DNA of 64,000 nucleotides. Source: Desulfurococcaceae archaeon. Its GTDB lineage: Archaea > Thermoproteota > Thermoprotei_A > Sulfolobales > Desulfurococcaceae. This document shows, one piece after another, positions 53,622-62,976 of this stretch. The translations under genes were made by a program, and so were the position numbers. The stretch lies in assembly GCA_038824035.1 (NCBI GenBank), contig JAWBBW010000002.1, positions 32,001 to 96,000 of the forward strand. Direction: 5' to 3'. Below the pieces are notes generated by a model. That model saw only the letters and a program-made list of their open reading frames with translations, was not told the DNA's origin and ran no database searches. Within the stretch, counting starts at the first letter, position 1. Every line of letters begins with the position of its first letter.

Positions 53622-53822
53622 CTAATTGATCAACAATTGGTATGTATTTTTACTCCACCGTGTAGCTAATCCTTTTTCCACCATCTTTGAAAGTATTTTG
53701 CCAGCGCTTTTAGTAGAAATAGAGAGGTCTCTCGCTAGATCATCTATTTTAATAAAGACCTTGCCACTCAGTATGAGTTTTCTATGTAGCGCGTATACAT
53801 CAAGTGCTACATGAACTTTCAA
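53622..53822 (-). CDS. Small winged helix-turn-helix protein
   Basis: IDDLARDLSISTKSAGKILSKMVEKGLATRWS..TYQL HTH-plus-wing pattern; TATA-like box about 30 nt upstream. Confidence 0.65.
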   Translation of the reverse strand: MKVHVALDVYALHRKLILSGKVFIKIDDLARDLSISTKSAGKILSKMVEKGLATRWSKNTYQLLIN

Positions 53823-53905
53823 TTCAATCCCCTTGTACTAATGCCTAATGTTTTATAACAAAGTGCTCGCCGAAAGTGATGACAAAGATCTAGGAATGGT
53901 TACAA

Positions 53906-54006
53906 CGCCGGGGCGGGGATTCGAACCCCGGACCACCGGGTCTCTGCCAGGCTGGACTTTTGATTGGTTAACAGCCCGGCGCTCTTCCAGGCTGAGCTAC
54001 CCCGGC
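53906..54006 (-). tRNA. tRNA-Asn(GTT) with 27-nt 37/38 intron (53942-53968)
   Basis: Reverse complement CCGGG CT GTT A [ACCAATCAAAAGTCCAGCCTGGCAGAG] A CCCGG; central helix CTGT/GCAG. Confidence 0.95.
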
Positions 54007-54087
54007 TTCAATATTTTTTATATTTCAAGGGGTTTTAAGTTAAAATACTTCTAATATCTGCTTGAATTAAAAGTGAATTAAAAAGGA

Positions 54088-55365
54088 CTAGCTCTCAATA
54101 CGCAAGACATCGCCATTTCTTGGTGTATAGATGTTTATATCTTCATTAAGTTCTGTCTTTATATAATTTTCCAATGCATACACGTCTTCGGGGCTTCCAT
54201 GTATTAATACTATATTCTTAAGTGAGTGTTTACATTTTTTCACCAAGTTGATTAATCCAGAACATCCCGCATGGCTTGAGAAATCCAGCCATTCTAATCT
54301 AGCATTGATGCCTTTAATGCTCTGATCTCTTAATACACCATCCTCGAGTATTTTATGACCATTACTGTTCGGTGCCTGATAACTAACCAAGATCACCGTA
54401 TTCTTGGGATTGGCATATATCTTCTTCAAGTAATAAAGACTGGGGCCACCTTTTAACATTCCAGCCGAAGCTATGATCACGCATGGTTTTTTAATTATTT
54501 TTTTACGCATATTTGTGTCGGTCACAAAATTTATATTTTCAGCAATCTTGGAGAATAGTGTGGGATCTCTCAGGAACATCTTATATTTCAAGTATATCTC
54601 TGTGATATCTCTACTCATCCCATCAATATATATGTCGATGTAAGGTGCCTGATGATATATCAATGCCGCTATTTCTTGACTTCTACCAACACTAAAAGCT
54701 GGTATTAGTACCACTCCTCCTTTATCTATGGTTTCCTCCACTATTTCAATAAGCTTTTTCTCAACTATATGACGAGGTGGATGGTTTCTAGAACCATATG
54801 TTGATTCCATTATAAAGGTGGTAACATCTGAGGGCGGGGTTTCTGCTGCTGGGAGAGTTAAAGTATCTATATCATTGAAATCCCCTGTATAAAGTATTTT
54901 TTCACCACTTGGCATCTCAATGTATGTCATCGCACTACCCAATATATGGCCCGCATTTAGGAATCGCAATTTGATACCATTCTCCTCGTAAGCTTTCCCA
55001 TACTCCATAAACACGGTATTTAGATACATATTTTCAAAATCACGCATTTCATATTCAATGACGGCTGCATTCAACCTCAAAAAATCTATGATCAAAAGCC
55101 TAGCCAGATCCATCGTTGGCTTGGTCGCATATACTGGTATTTTGCCAGTTATGAATAAATACGGTGCTGCCCCTATATGGTCTAGGTGAGCGTGCGAAAC
55201 CACCAGTGCAGAGACATCCACTGGCCTCACATGGAGAGGTAATTGTGGGTTATCGTTTATATCGAAATTAACTCCATAATCCAATAGAATTCGCATACCC
55301 CGATCTTTTACTAGGAAAGCCGACCTACCTACTTCTAATCCGCCACCCAAAACATTGATCTCCAA
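54088..55365 (-). CDS. MBL-fold beta-CASP ribonuclease (aCPSF2-like)
   Basis: EVGRS, SHAHLDH, AGHILGS, YTGD, MESTYG, FSSHA; no N-terminal KH domains. Confidence 0.9.
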   Translation of the reverse strand: MEINVLGGGLEVGRSAFLVKDRGMRILLDYGVNFDINDNPQLPLHVRPVDVSALVVSHAHLDHIGAAPYLFITGKIPVYATKPTMDLARLLIIDFLRLNAAVIEYEMRDFENMYLNTVFMEYGKAYEENGIKLRFLNAGHILGSAMTYIEMPSGEKILYTGDFNDIDTLTLPAAETPPSDVTTFIMESTYGSRNHPPRHIVEKKLIEIVEETIDKGGVVLIPAFSVGRSQEIAALIYHQAPYIDIYIDGMSRDITEIYLKYKMFLRDPTLFSKIAENINFVTDTNMRKKIIKKPCVIIASAGMLKGGPSLYYLKKIYANPKNTVILVSYQAPNSNGHKILEDGVLRDQSIKGINARLEWLDFSSHAGCSGLINLVKKCKHSLKNIVLIHGSPEDVYALENYIKTELNEDINIYTPRNGDVLRIES

Positions 55366-55499
55366 TTATATCACCAGGTTAAGAATTCACAACATTCTTA
55401 TGGCCATTGATACATTATTATGCCAGATATATGGTATCAGCATCTTTGTTTAAAAATATGGCAAAAACTAAAATAATAGTGACTGCTGGTGTATTTCCT

Positions 55500-55850
55500 A
55501 TGCTACCTTTAAATCCACGGGAATTGAAAAAAATTCTGAAGAGGTATGGAATAGAGCTGGAAGAACTCACTGATGTTGAAAAGGTGGAGATATATACAAG
55601 GGGCAAGAAAATAGTGTTAAATGAGCCACAAGTATTGGTTTACAAGATGTCGGGCCAAATGTTTTTCCAAATCTCTAGTAGTAATGTAAATGAAGAGAAT
55701 ATCCAGACACCTAGTGTAGATATTAATGAAGATGACATAAGATTTGTGATGGAACAAACAGGTGCATCATTTGAAGAGGCTAAAAAGGCTTTAATAGATG
55801 CAAAAGGGGATATTCTACAAGCCATAATGAGCCTCAGGAACAAAGGGTAG
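55500..55850 (+). CDS. nac: Nascent polypeptide-associated complex protein
   Basis: NPRELKK, DIRFVMEQTG, GDILQAIM (UBA domain). Confidence 0.92.
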   Translation: MLPLNPRELKKILKRYGIELEELTDVEKVEIYTRGKKIVLNEPQVLVYKMSGQMFFQISSSNVNEENIQTPSVDINEDDIRFVMEQTGASFEEAKKALIDAKGDILQAIMSLRNKG

Positions 55851-55856
55851 ATATGG

Positions 55857-58445
55857 TTGAAGGCTTCATATCCCGATATGCCTTTTAACCGTGAATATGT
55901 GAGAATCATTGAATCTTCTCATTTTCTTTTAGGGGCATATTATGACGGTAGACTTGGAAAAGCCATACTCCAATTCGTGAGCGAAGACGGGAAAAAATTT
56001 ATCAGAATACCAGATCCCCTTAACCACATGCCATATTTTCTCACAGATGAAAACCCAGAAGCCCTGAAAGAAAAGGGCATATGTAATGATAAGGCTTTTC
56101 ATGGAATAGAAGAAGTTGTTAAAACAAATCCATTAACGATGGAGAAAATAAGACTCACTAAAATAATAGTTAAAGATCCATTAGCTGTAAGAAAACTGAG
56201 GAGTAAAGTAACAAACGCGTGGGAAGCCAAGATAAAATACCATGCAAACTATATTTACGATCTCGGCCTTATACCTGGAATGCGATACATTGTGAAAAAA
56301 GAAAATGGTTCGATCAAGATAATCCGGGTAAAACCAGAAGTGCCAGGATCTCTAATTGAAAAAATCCATGAGATATTCAACAATGAGCCCTTGGAAACAA
56401 GGCAACTCGCCGAGGAGTTCTTATTGATCTTCGAGGAAATGCCACCACGAGTAAACCGTATAGCAATAGATATCGAAGTATATACCCCCTTCAAAGGTAG
56501 AGTACCTAATCCCAAATTAGCTGAATACCCCGTTATCAGTATAGCCTTTTCCAGTAATGATAACTTTAGAAAAGTACTACTACTTGCCAGGCCATTCAAA
56601 CAAAGATTCCTTTATATGATGGAGGACTTAAAGGATTACCCCATTGAAGCTGAGGTTGAAATATTTGACTCGGAGAAAACAATGTTAATGGAAGCCATAC
56701 GCATTATGTCAACATATCCAGTAGTAGTTACGTATAATGGAGATAAATTCGACTTAGTATACATATACACAAGGGCTCTTAAGCTCGGAATCCCGAGAAC
56801 ATTCTTACCCATCAGAATAGGAGAGGACATTGTTAGGTTGGAGACCGGCATCCACTTGGACTTGTACAAGTTTTTCTCAAATCGTGCCGTAAAGAATTAT
56901 GCATTCGGTGGTAAATACCAAGAAGAGAAACTAGAATCCGTATCTTCGGCATTACTAGGTATTTCCAAAGTAGGTTTCGAAGAAACTATTGGCGAGATAT
57001 CAGCGTCTCTACTGATCGCTTACAATATCAGAGATGCAGATATAACTATTAAATTAACTACTTTCAACAACGAATTGGTATGGAAATTAATGATACTGCT
57101 TGCACGCATTTCTAAAACTAGTATTGAAGATATATGTAGGCGCCAGATCTCTAATTGGATACAAAACATGTTTTTCTGGGAACATAGAAAACTGGGGTAT
57201 TTAATACCTAATAAGGAGGATATACTGAGAATTGTTAAATCAGTTGCAACTAAAGCAATTATCGAGGGTAAAAAATACGCAGGTGCATTAGTTATAGAGC
57301 CCCCTAAGGGCGTGTTTTTCAATGTCATGGTTCTCGATATAGCATCCCTATATCCAAGCATAATGAAAAAGTTCAATCTGAGCTATGAAACAGTAGATAC
57401 GTCTTGGTGTAAAAACAAGACAACTATTGTAGATGAAACAGGTAGAGCCCTGCATTATGTATGCAAGGACAAGCCAGGACTCACAGCACAGATCATAGGT
57501 ATTCTAAGAGATTTTCGCGTTGAGATTTACAAGAAACGGGCCAAAGACAAGTCACTACCTCTGGATATATTGGCTTGGTATGACGTTGTTCAACGAGCTA
57601 TTAAGGTATTTATAAATGCCAGTTACGGGGTTTTTGGGGATGAAAAATTCCACCTATATTCACCTGCTGTAGCAGAAAGTGTCACGGCATTAGGAAGACG
57701 TTCATTGATGACAATAGTCCTCAAAGCAACTGAGATAGGAATAAAGACACTATATGGAGATACAGATTCCATATTTATATGGTCACCTATTAAAGACCAG
57801 CTTGAAACACTTCAAAAATGGATACAGCAAAATCTCGGATTAGATATAGAGGTTGATAAGAAATTTAGATTCGTTATTTTCACGGGGTTAAAGAAGAATT
57901 ATTTAGGGAAAACAGAGGAGGGAGATATCGATATTAAAGGCTTAATAGCCAAGAAGAGAAATACACCAGAGTTCTTGAAGGAATTATTTCAAGAAATGCT
58001 AAGTAACATAAAGAAGATTGAGACCCCAAGTGATTTTACAAGGTTCATAACATGGTTAGAAAGTACCATTAAAAATTATTACAATGGACTTAAACAAAAG
58101 GAGATAACCTTGGATAAATTGGCGATAAGAATAGCGTTAACCAAAGACCCTGTTTCGTATACTAAGTCTAAACCTCCCCATGTGAGAGCGGCTCTTCATC
58201 TGAGATCGTATGGTGTGGATATACAAGAGGGCGATATTATTACCATAGTCAAGGTCAAAGGCGGTGAAGGATATAAGGCCATTCAGTTAGCTAGACAACA
58301 CGAAATAGACCCAGAAAAATACATAGAGCTCATAAGGACTAGTCTTGAGCAATTGCTTTCAGCTTTCAACATTAAGTGGGACGACATAGTAATGGCTAGT
58401 AATAGTGGTCTACGAGGCTTATTGAAAATTTCTCGTTCCTCTTGA
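55857..58445 (+). CDS. polB1: Family B DNA polymerase PolB1
   Basis: Exonuclease DIE and YNGDKFD; DIASLYPS, KVFINASYG, YGDTDS, KKNY; no intein. Confidence 0.95.
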   Translation: MKASYPDMPFNREYVRIIESSHFLLGAYYDGRLGKAILQFVSEDGKKFIRIPDPLNHMPYFLTDENPEALKEKGICNDKAFHGIEEVVKTNPLTMEKIRLTKIIVKDPLAVRKLRSKVTNAWEAKIKYHANYIYDLGLIPGMRYIVKKENGSIKIIRVKPEVPGSLIEKIHEIFNNEPLETRQLAEEFLLIFEEMPPRVNRIAIDIEVYTPFKGRVPNPKLAEYPVISIAFSSNDNFRKVLLLARPFKQRFLYMMEDLKDYPIEAEVEIFDSEKTMLMEAIRIMSTYPVVVTYNGDKFDLVYIYTRALKLGIPRTFLPIRIGEDIVRLETGIHLDLYKFFSNRAVKNYAFGGKYQEEKLESVSSALLGISKVGFEETIGEISASLLIAYNIRDADITIKLTTFNNELVWKLMILLARISKTSIEDICRRQISNWIQNMFFWEHRKLGYLIPNKEDILRIVKSVATKAIIEGKKYAGALVIEPPKGVFFNVMVLDIASLYPSIMKKFNLSYETVDTSWCKNKTTIVDETGRALHYVCKDKPGLTAQIIGILRDFRVEIYKKRAKDKSLPLDILAWYDVVQRAIKVFINASYGVFGDEKFHLYSPAVAESVTALGRRSLMTIVLKATEIGIKTLYGDTDSIFIWSPIKDQLETLQKWIQQNLGLDIEVDKKFRFVIFTGLKKNYLGKTEEGDIDIKGLIAKKRNTPEFLKELFQEMLSNIKKIETPSDFTRFITWLESTIKNYYNGLKQKEITLDKLAIRIALTKDPVSYTKSKPPHVRAALHLRSYGVDIQEGDIITIVKVKGGEGYKAIQLARQHEIDPEKYIELIRTSLEQLLSAFNIKWDDIVMASNSGLRGLLKISRSS

Positions 58446-58526
58446 TCCAAATACTGATAATACAATGATTCTAACAAAAGATATAATCCTTGTTTCATAT
58501 AAAAGACCTGTTGAGGTGGCTTCGAC

Positions 58527-58814
58527 ATGCCTAAGAAGAGAGAAAGCAGAGGTAGGCGAAAAGGTGATAAGGGTAAAACTGGGAACATGCAGTGTGATAA
58601 TTGTGGCGCGTTAATTCCAGCTGATAAAGCTATATGCGTCACGAAAATGTATAGCCCCATCCCCCCTGGATTGGCAGAGGAATTGGAGAAAAAGGGAGCA
58701 ATAATAATGAAATACCCAATGAAGAAATGCTATTGCATATCATGCGCAATTCATTTTGGCATAATAAAGGTAAGACCCGAGGAAGAAAGGAAACCGAAAC
58801 CTATGCCCATATAG
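58527..58814 (+). CDS. rps26e: 30S ribosomal protein S26e
   Basis: MPKKRESRGR, CDNCG..IPADKA, YCISCAIH. Confidence 0.96.
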   Translation: MPKKRESRGRRKGDKGKTGNMQCDNCGALIPADKAICVTKMYSPIPPGLAEELEKKGAIIMKYPMKKCYCISCAIHFGIIKVRPEEERKPKPMPI

Positions 58815-58870
58815 AAATAATAACGTTTTTAAATCACGCTATATTTCAGAACACATTGATAGGTGATATT

Positions 58871-59194
58871 ATGAGCAGAGTTGTAAAAGTAGTGGTTGTA
58901 ACGGCAGATCATCATCCCTATCATAAGTTATGGCTAGAACTGGCGAAAAGGCTCGGCGAGAAAGTAAATACGCCAGTTGAAGTGAAAATGGAGGACTATG
59001 TATACCTAGTGGAACATGGTGATAAAGATGAGTTTGGCATGACATGGCTTCCTCAAATATTAGTGGAAACAGATGATGGCAAAGTATACTGGTTGTTATC
59101 TCAGTTACCATTGAACGATAGATTACAGCCAGATGAGGAGAGAGCATTAGAGATTATGATAAACAAACTGAAAGAGCTTTCAATAGAGTTCTAG
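58871..59194 (+). CDS. Hypothetical protein, possible thioredoxin-like fold
   Basis: AGGTGA SD; VVVVTADHHPYHKLW...GMTWLPQILV. Confidence 0.7.
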   Translation: MSRVVKVVVVTADHHPYHKLWLELAKRLGEKVNTPVEVKMEDYVYLVEHGDKDEFGMTWLPQILVETDDGKVYWLLSQLPLNDRLQPDEERALEIMINKLKELSIEF

Positions 59195-59266
59195 TCCAAA
59201 ATTTCTTTTAAGACCTTATCTGATTTTTATTAACTGAGAATCAATGTTAAGCCCTGGAGTGGTATC

Positions 59267-59746
59267 ATGGTGATCGTTCCCTACGTTCCTACACCATACC
59301 CAGTTGTAAGGGCAATGCTGAAACTAGCTAGTGCTAATCAAGAAGACATAGTATATGACCTTGGGTGCGGGGATGGCCGCATTCTCTTAATAGCTGTCAA
59401 GGAATTCAATGTCAAAAAAGCCATTGGTGTGGAAAAAGATTATGAAAGATTCAAGTACACATTAAATAGGGTTAGGGAAGAGAAACTGGAGGACAGAATT
59501 GAAGTAATACATGGAGATTTCTTCGACATAGACTTAACCAATGCTACTGTAGTAACGTTGTTCCTGCTGACATCAGTCAATGAAATGTTAAGGCCGAAAT
59601 TTGAAAAAGAACTAAAGGAAGGTGTCAGAATTGTAAGCCATGAATTCAGAATCCCTGGTTGGAAACCAGAGAAAGTGATAGAAGTTAAAGATGAAAATGG
59701 ATTAACCCATACTGTTTATTTATATGTGAAAGGGCGTCACTTATAG
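59267..59746 (+). CDS. Protein-lysine N-methyltransferase (aKMT, Dot1-like)
   Basis: VPYVPTP..VV..ML, YDLGCGDGR, VVTLFL, RIVSHEF. Confidence 0.85.
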   Translation: MVIVPYVPTPYPVVRAMLKLASANQEDIVYDLGCGDGRILLIAVKEFNVKKAIGVEKDYERFKYTLNRVREEKLEDRIEVIHGDFFDIDLTNATVVTLFLLTSVNEMLRPKFEKELKEGVRIVSHEFRIPGWKPEKVIEVKDENGLTHTVYLYVKGRHL

Positions 59747-60510
59747 ATTTTCCTAGCAAAAATAATATAACCTGTGTGTCCAATCATTTTTGTCTTTGGT
59801 TTAACAGCGTTTTCCTTAACTTCGTATTCTCTAAGCATTATTTCATATGAGTGTATATCGTGAAATAAACCACTGTTCATCAACGCCAAGACGGTTTTCT
59901 CGACTTGGTTTATCGTGGGAACATATATTATTATTGGCGAGGACTCTTTCAAAACATTGCCCACACTTACAAGGGCATTCCAGGGATCCGGTATATCTAA
60001 AAAGAACGCATCAAGTGGTTCAATATTAAATTTCTCCCGAATATCATGTTTAATTAACCTAACTCTATGTAGTAAACCAGCCTTTTCCAAGTTCTTAGAT
60101 GTCGTTGAGAGTGCTTTTTCAGATATATCAAATCCATAGAGTACTCCATTTTCCCCTATCATGAACGCTATAGAAAGCGTCAATGCGCCGGTACCTACGC
60201 CAGCCTCTCCTACTCGAGATCCTGGCCCTATTCCAGATAGGTATATCATGAATCCCAAGTCCTTCGGATAAATAATTTGCGTAGCCCGTTCCAGCCCATG
60301 TATATAGTCATGAATTAATGGCTTGTACAAAAACACCTTATCCCCACGACTTGTCTTTACCGCGGATCCGTATGGAAGACCGATGAGGTCACCAAGTCTT
60401 ATAAATCCCTTATCAGTGCCTAGTATTTTATCTTTTTCAACCTTTACTATGAATTTCCTCTTTTCATCGATCCATACAAGCACTTGATCGCCATTTTTTA
60501 TGACCTCCAT
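59737..60510 (-). CDS. trmI: tRNA (adenine-57/58-N1)-methyltransferase TrmI
   Basis: TQIIYPKD, EAGVGTGALT, FLDIPDPW, GHTGY. Confidence 0.95.
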   Translation of the reverse strand: MEVIKNGDQVLVWIDEKRKFIVKVEKDKILGTDKGFIRLGDLIGLPYGSAVKTSRGDKVFLYKPLIHDYIHGLERATQIIYPKDLGFMIYLSGIGPGSRVGEAGVGTGALTLSIAFMIGENGVLYGFDISEKALSTTSKNLEKAGLLHRVRLIKHDIREKFNIEPLDAFFLDIPDPWNALVSVGNVLKESSPIIIYVPTINQVEKTVLALMNSGLFHDIHSYEIMLREYEVKENAVKPKTKMIGHTGYIIFARKIYK

Positions 60511-60628
60511 ATATTACAGGACCTCCTCAGACCCGGTGTCACACATCATTACTCAGAAATACCAGCTATCAGCATCACTTTATAAAACTAATAAAGAGAA
60601 TTATAAAAATCCTGCTAATGGGATTGAC

Positions 60629-61099
60629 ATGGATGTTTTCATATTCACAATAAAACCGTTTTTTGCTCATAGGATATTCACAGGTAAAAAGAAATTTGAA
60701 TTGAGGAGATACCTAGGATACGATGTAAAAACCGGAGATAGGATAATAGTGTATGTTAGCGGTAGAATTAAAGCATTTATAGGCGAATTCATTGCGGGAA
60801 GAGTGATCACGGGTTCTGCTGAATATGTGATCAAAACTGTTTCCAATATTCCTAATGCAGGCGTTTCGAACAACGATTTTAAGTACATAGCTGGTGCTAC
60901 AAGAGCTATGGCAATAGAGATTGTTGAGCCCATGTTATATGATCAATTGATTGAACTAAAACAAGTGAGAAGAATATTTCCCGATTTCATGCCGCCACCA
61001 AGCATGAAATTGATAGATCGCAACGATCCCATCTTGCTCTTATTGTTTGATAGAATGACAGCAAAGAATGTGAAAACAACAAGAGAAAAGTCTACGTGA
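60629..61099 (+). CDS. ASCH/PUA-like domain protein
   Basis: TIKPFFAHRIFTGKKKFELRR...IIVYVS...IGEF. Confidence 0.8.
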   Translation: MDVFIFTIKPFFAHRIFTGKKKFELRRYLGYDVKTGDRIIVYVSGRIKAFIGEFIAGRVITGSAEYVIKTVSNIPNAGVSNNDFKYIAGATRAMAIEIVEPMLYDQLIELKQVRRIFPDFMPPPSMKLIDRNDPILLLLFDRMTAKNVKTTREKST

Positions 61100-61119
61100 G
61101 TGTTGTTTATGTATTGAAG

Positions 61120-61296
61120 TTAAGTTACTAATTCTGCTTCCTTAATCCATAGCTCTTTTTTCAATAAATCCCTTACAGCAACTCGTATTACTTCGCTCCT
61201 ATTTCTATAACGTCCTATTTTAACTAATTCATCTATTCCCTCTACATACAATTCCGGCATTTTTACCGTTATAAGTCTCATTCTGGACATGGTCAT
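61120..61296 (-). CDS. Ribbon-helix-helix transcriptional regulator (CopG/CdrS-like)
   Basis: Manual translation [50 protein letters not shown]... (58 aa, absent from the ORF track); GGTGA SD. Confidence 0.88.
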   Translation of the reverse strand: MTMSRMRLITVKMPELYVEGIDELVKIGRYRNRSEVIRVAVRDLLKKELWIKEAELVT

Positions 61297-61365
61297 CGTT
61301 ATATCACCATATAGGTTATTGTGATACTGTATTGTTTAAAAACCACATGGCATATTCAACACTTC

Positions 61366-62928
61366 TCAATAAGTAATGATCTTGACAATCAATCTGGGTA
61401 TATGTATCCATTTATTTAGAACATTCAATAGTTTATTCCTATCAGATATTATGTAGGCAACACTGTATGTCAAGTTCATATACACAAATGGCACCAAGTG
61501 AACACTGTAAAAGCTGTATTGTGTCCTACCCCCTAATATCCAAAGCCCTATATACCCTATTAGTATTGAAACAAAAAATAACCATATCCAGCCATATTTT
61601 CGTTCAGAGAAGAACGCGGCAGGTGTTAATATTGTTAGTAAAAACAGTGAAGTAGACCATATTGGGTAAAAGCCCGAAGATAAAAGCACGCGGCCATCTG
61701 GATATACATATAATGGAAAACTATTAATACCTAAAAACCATTCCCAGGGAGCAGAACTAATAGGGCAATCAGGCTTGTAACACTTTATACTTGTATGCCA
61801 TTTGAAAGATCCTAAGAGCGAATATTCAATCCAATTACCTAGACCCATGTACATTATAATGGGGATAGATACGACCGTAAGACAGATCAAGAACAATAAT
61901 ACCGTGGCCAACACGTATTTTACGGTTGAATTGATCATCTGGTAAACACGTGGATTCGCCTTTAAGTCTCTCCTAACCATGAGTAAGATTACAGGAATCA
62001 ATGCGAAAAGCCCACTGAATTTGAATAGACCACCTATAATACCCATAACCAATGCCCATTCATATTTCCTATTAATTGAGAAATACATAACCAGTAAAGT
62101 AAACAACGCGACATATCCATCAAGTAATCCAATACTAAATAACGCCCTAGAGACCTGATCTGATAAGAGGAGGATGCTTGTAATCACACCTATCAACACA
62201 TTGCTTGTTAAACTATAAATGATCAAATATGTAAACGACACTGCAAGCGCACCCGCGATTATCACTGGTATTCGCCAATACATCGGTTGATCGCCTATCG
62301 CGAACATGGTCAGTGCAATTATGTACTTAGCCAATGGAGGGTGTTCCCAATTTATATAGTTATTAATCCCATCACTATCCGGCATGGCCCATCCAGGTAT
62401 AGCATCTTTTATTCCTAATGTATTGTTCAACTCAGCTAGGAACATTTCAACACTATCCCTGAGGCCTATTACATATATTGCGTTCTTTAGATTTTGGTAG
62501 AAATCGGCCAACTTCACTGTTACATTATACCTGGTTGTTAAGTCATTTATAAGCCCAGTGTCTATGTAATTACATATAACTGTAACGCTATATTCGTTCT
62601 CATGCATTTTCGGCTCTAAACGAAATAGTTTATATAATATAACACGAGCTGAGCCGACATACCATACCTCATCGGAGACGTATCCCTTGCCTCCACGCGT
62701 GATCTCGGCAATAAATAAGCTGTGTGCTTGATTGTAATATATAATAATAGCTATTACAAACAAAACTAAGGCAATTATTGCGTTGTAATTACCTATTCTT
62801 TTCACTATTCTAATTACTTCACTAATTACGCGCATATTGATCATCGACTTTATTGAAACAGATTCTAGCCTTGATGATGTTGAATTAAGACAATGACTTA
62901 TATTTTTATTGATATAGTTCATAATCAT
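61366..62928 (-). CDS. GT-C glycosyltransferase (dolichyl-phosphate-mannose protein mannosyltransferase-like)
   Basis: YVSDEVWY, EHPPLAKY, WRIP, many transmembrane segments; true start probably downstream of 62928. Confidence 0.8.
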   Translation of the reverse strand: MIMNYINKNISHCLNSTSSRLESVSIKSMINMRVISEVIRIVKRIGNYNAIIALVLFVIAIIIYYNQAHSLFIAEITRGGKGYVSDEVWYVGSARVILYKLFRLEPKMHENEYSVTVICNYIDTGLINDLTTRYNVTVKLADFYQNLKNAIYVIGLRDSVEMFLAELNNTLGIKDAIPGWAMPDSDGINNYINWEHPPLAKYIIALTMFAIGDQPMYWRIPVIIAGALAVSFTYLIIYSLTSNVLIGVITSILLLSDQVSRALFSIGLLDGYVALFTLLVMYFSINRKYEWALVMGIIGGLFKFSGLFALIPVILLMVRRDLKANPRVYQMINSTVKYVLATVLLFLICLTVVSIPIIMYMGLGNWIEYSLLGSFKWHTSIKCYKPDCPISSAPWEWFLGINSFPLYVYPDGRVLLSSGFYPIWSTSLFLLTILTPAAFFSERKYGWIWLFFVSILIGYIGLWILGGRTQYSFYSVHLVPFVYMNLTYSVAYIISDRNKLLNVLNKWIHIPRLIVKIITY

Positions 62929-62976
62929 GAGATTATAATGTGGTTCTGATATTTTACTAGATAGGCGGGATCTAAT

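Noticed and set aside
53848-54054. 68-aa plus-strand ORF and a C-box-like GTGATGA at 53876
   Set aside because: The ORF is antisense to tRNA-Asn, and no D box follows the C-like motif at a suitable distance.
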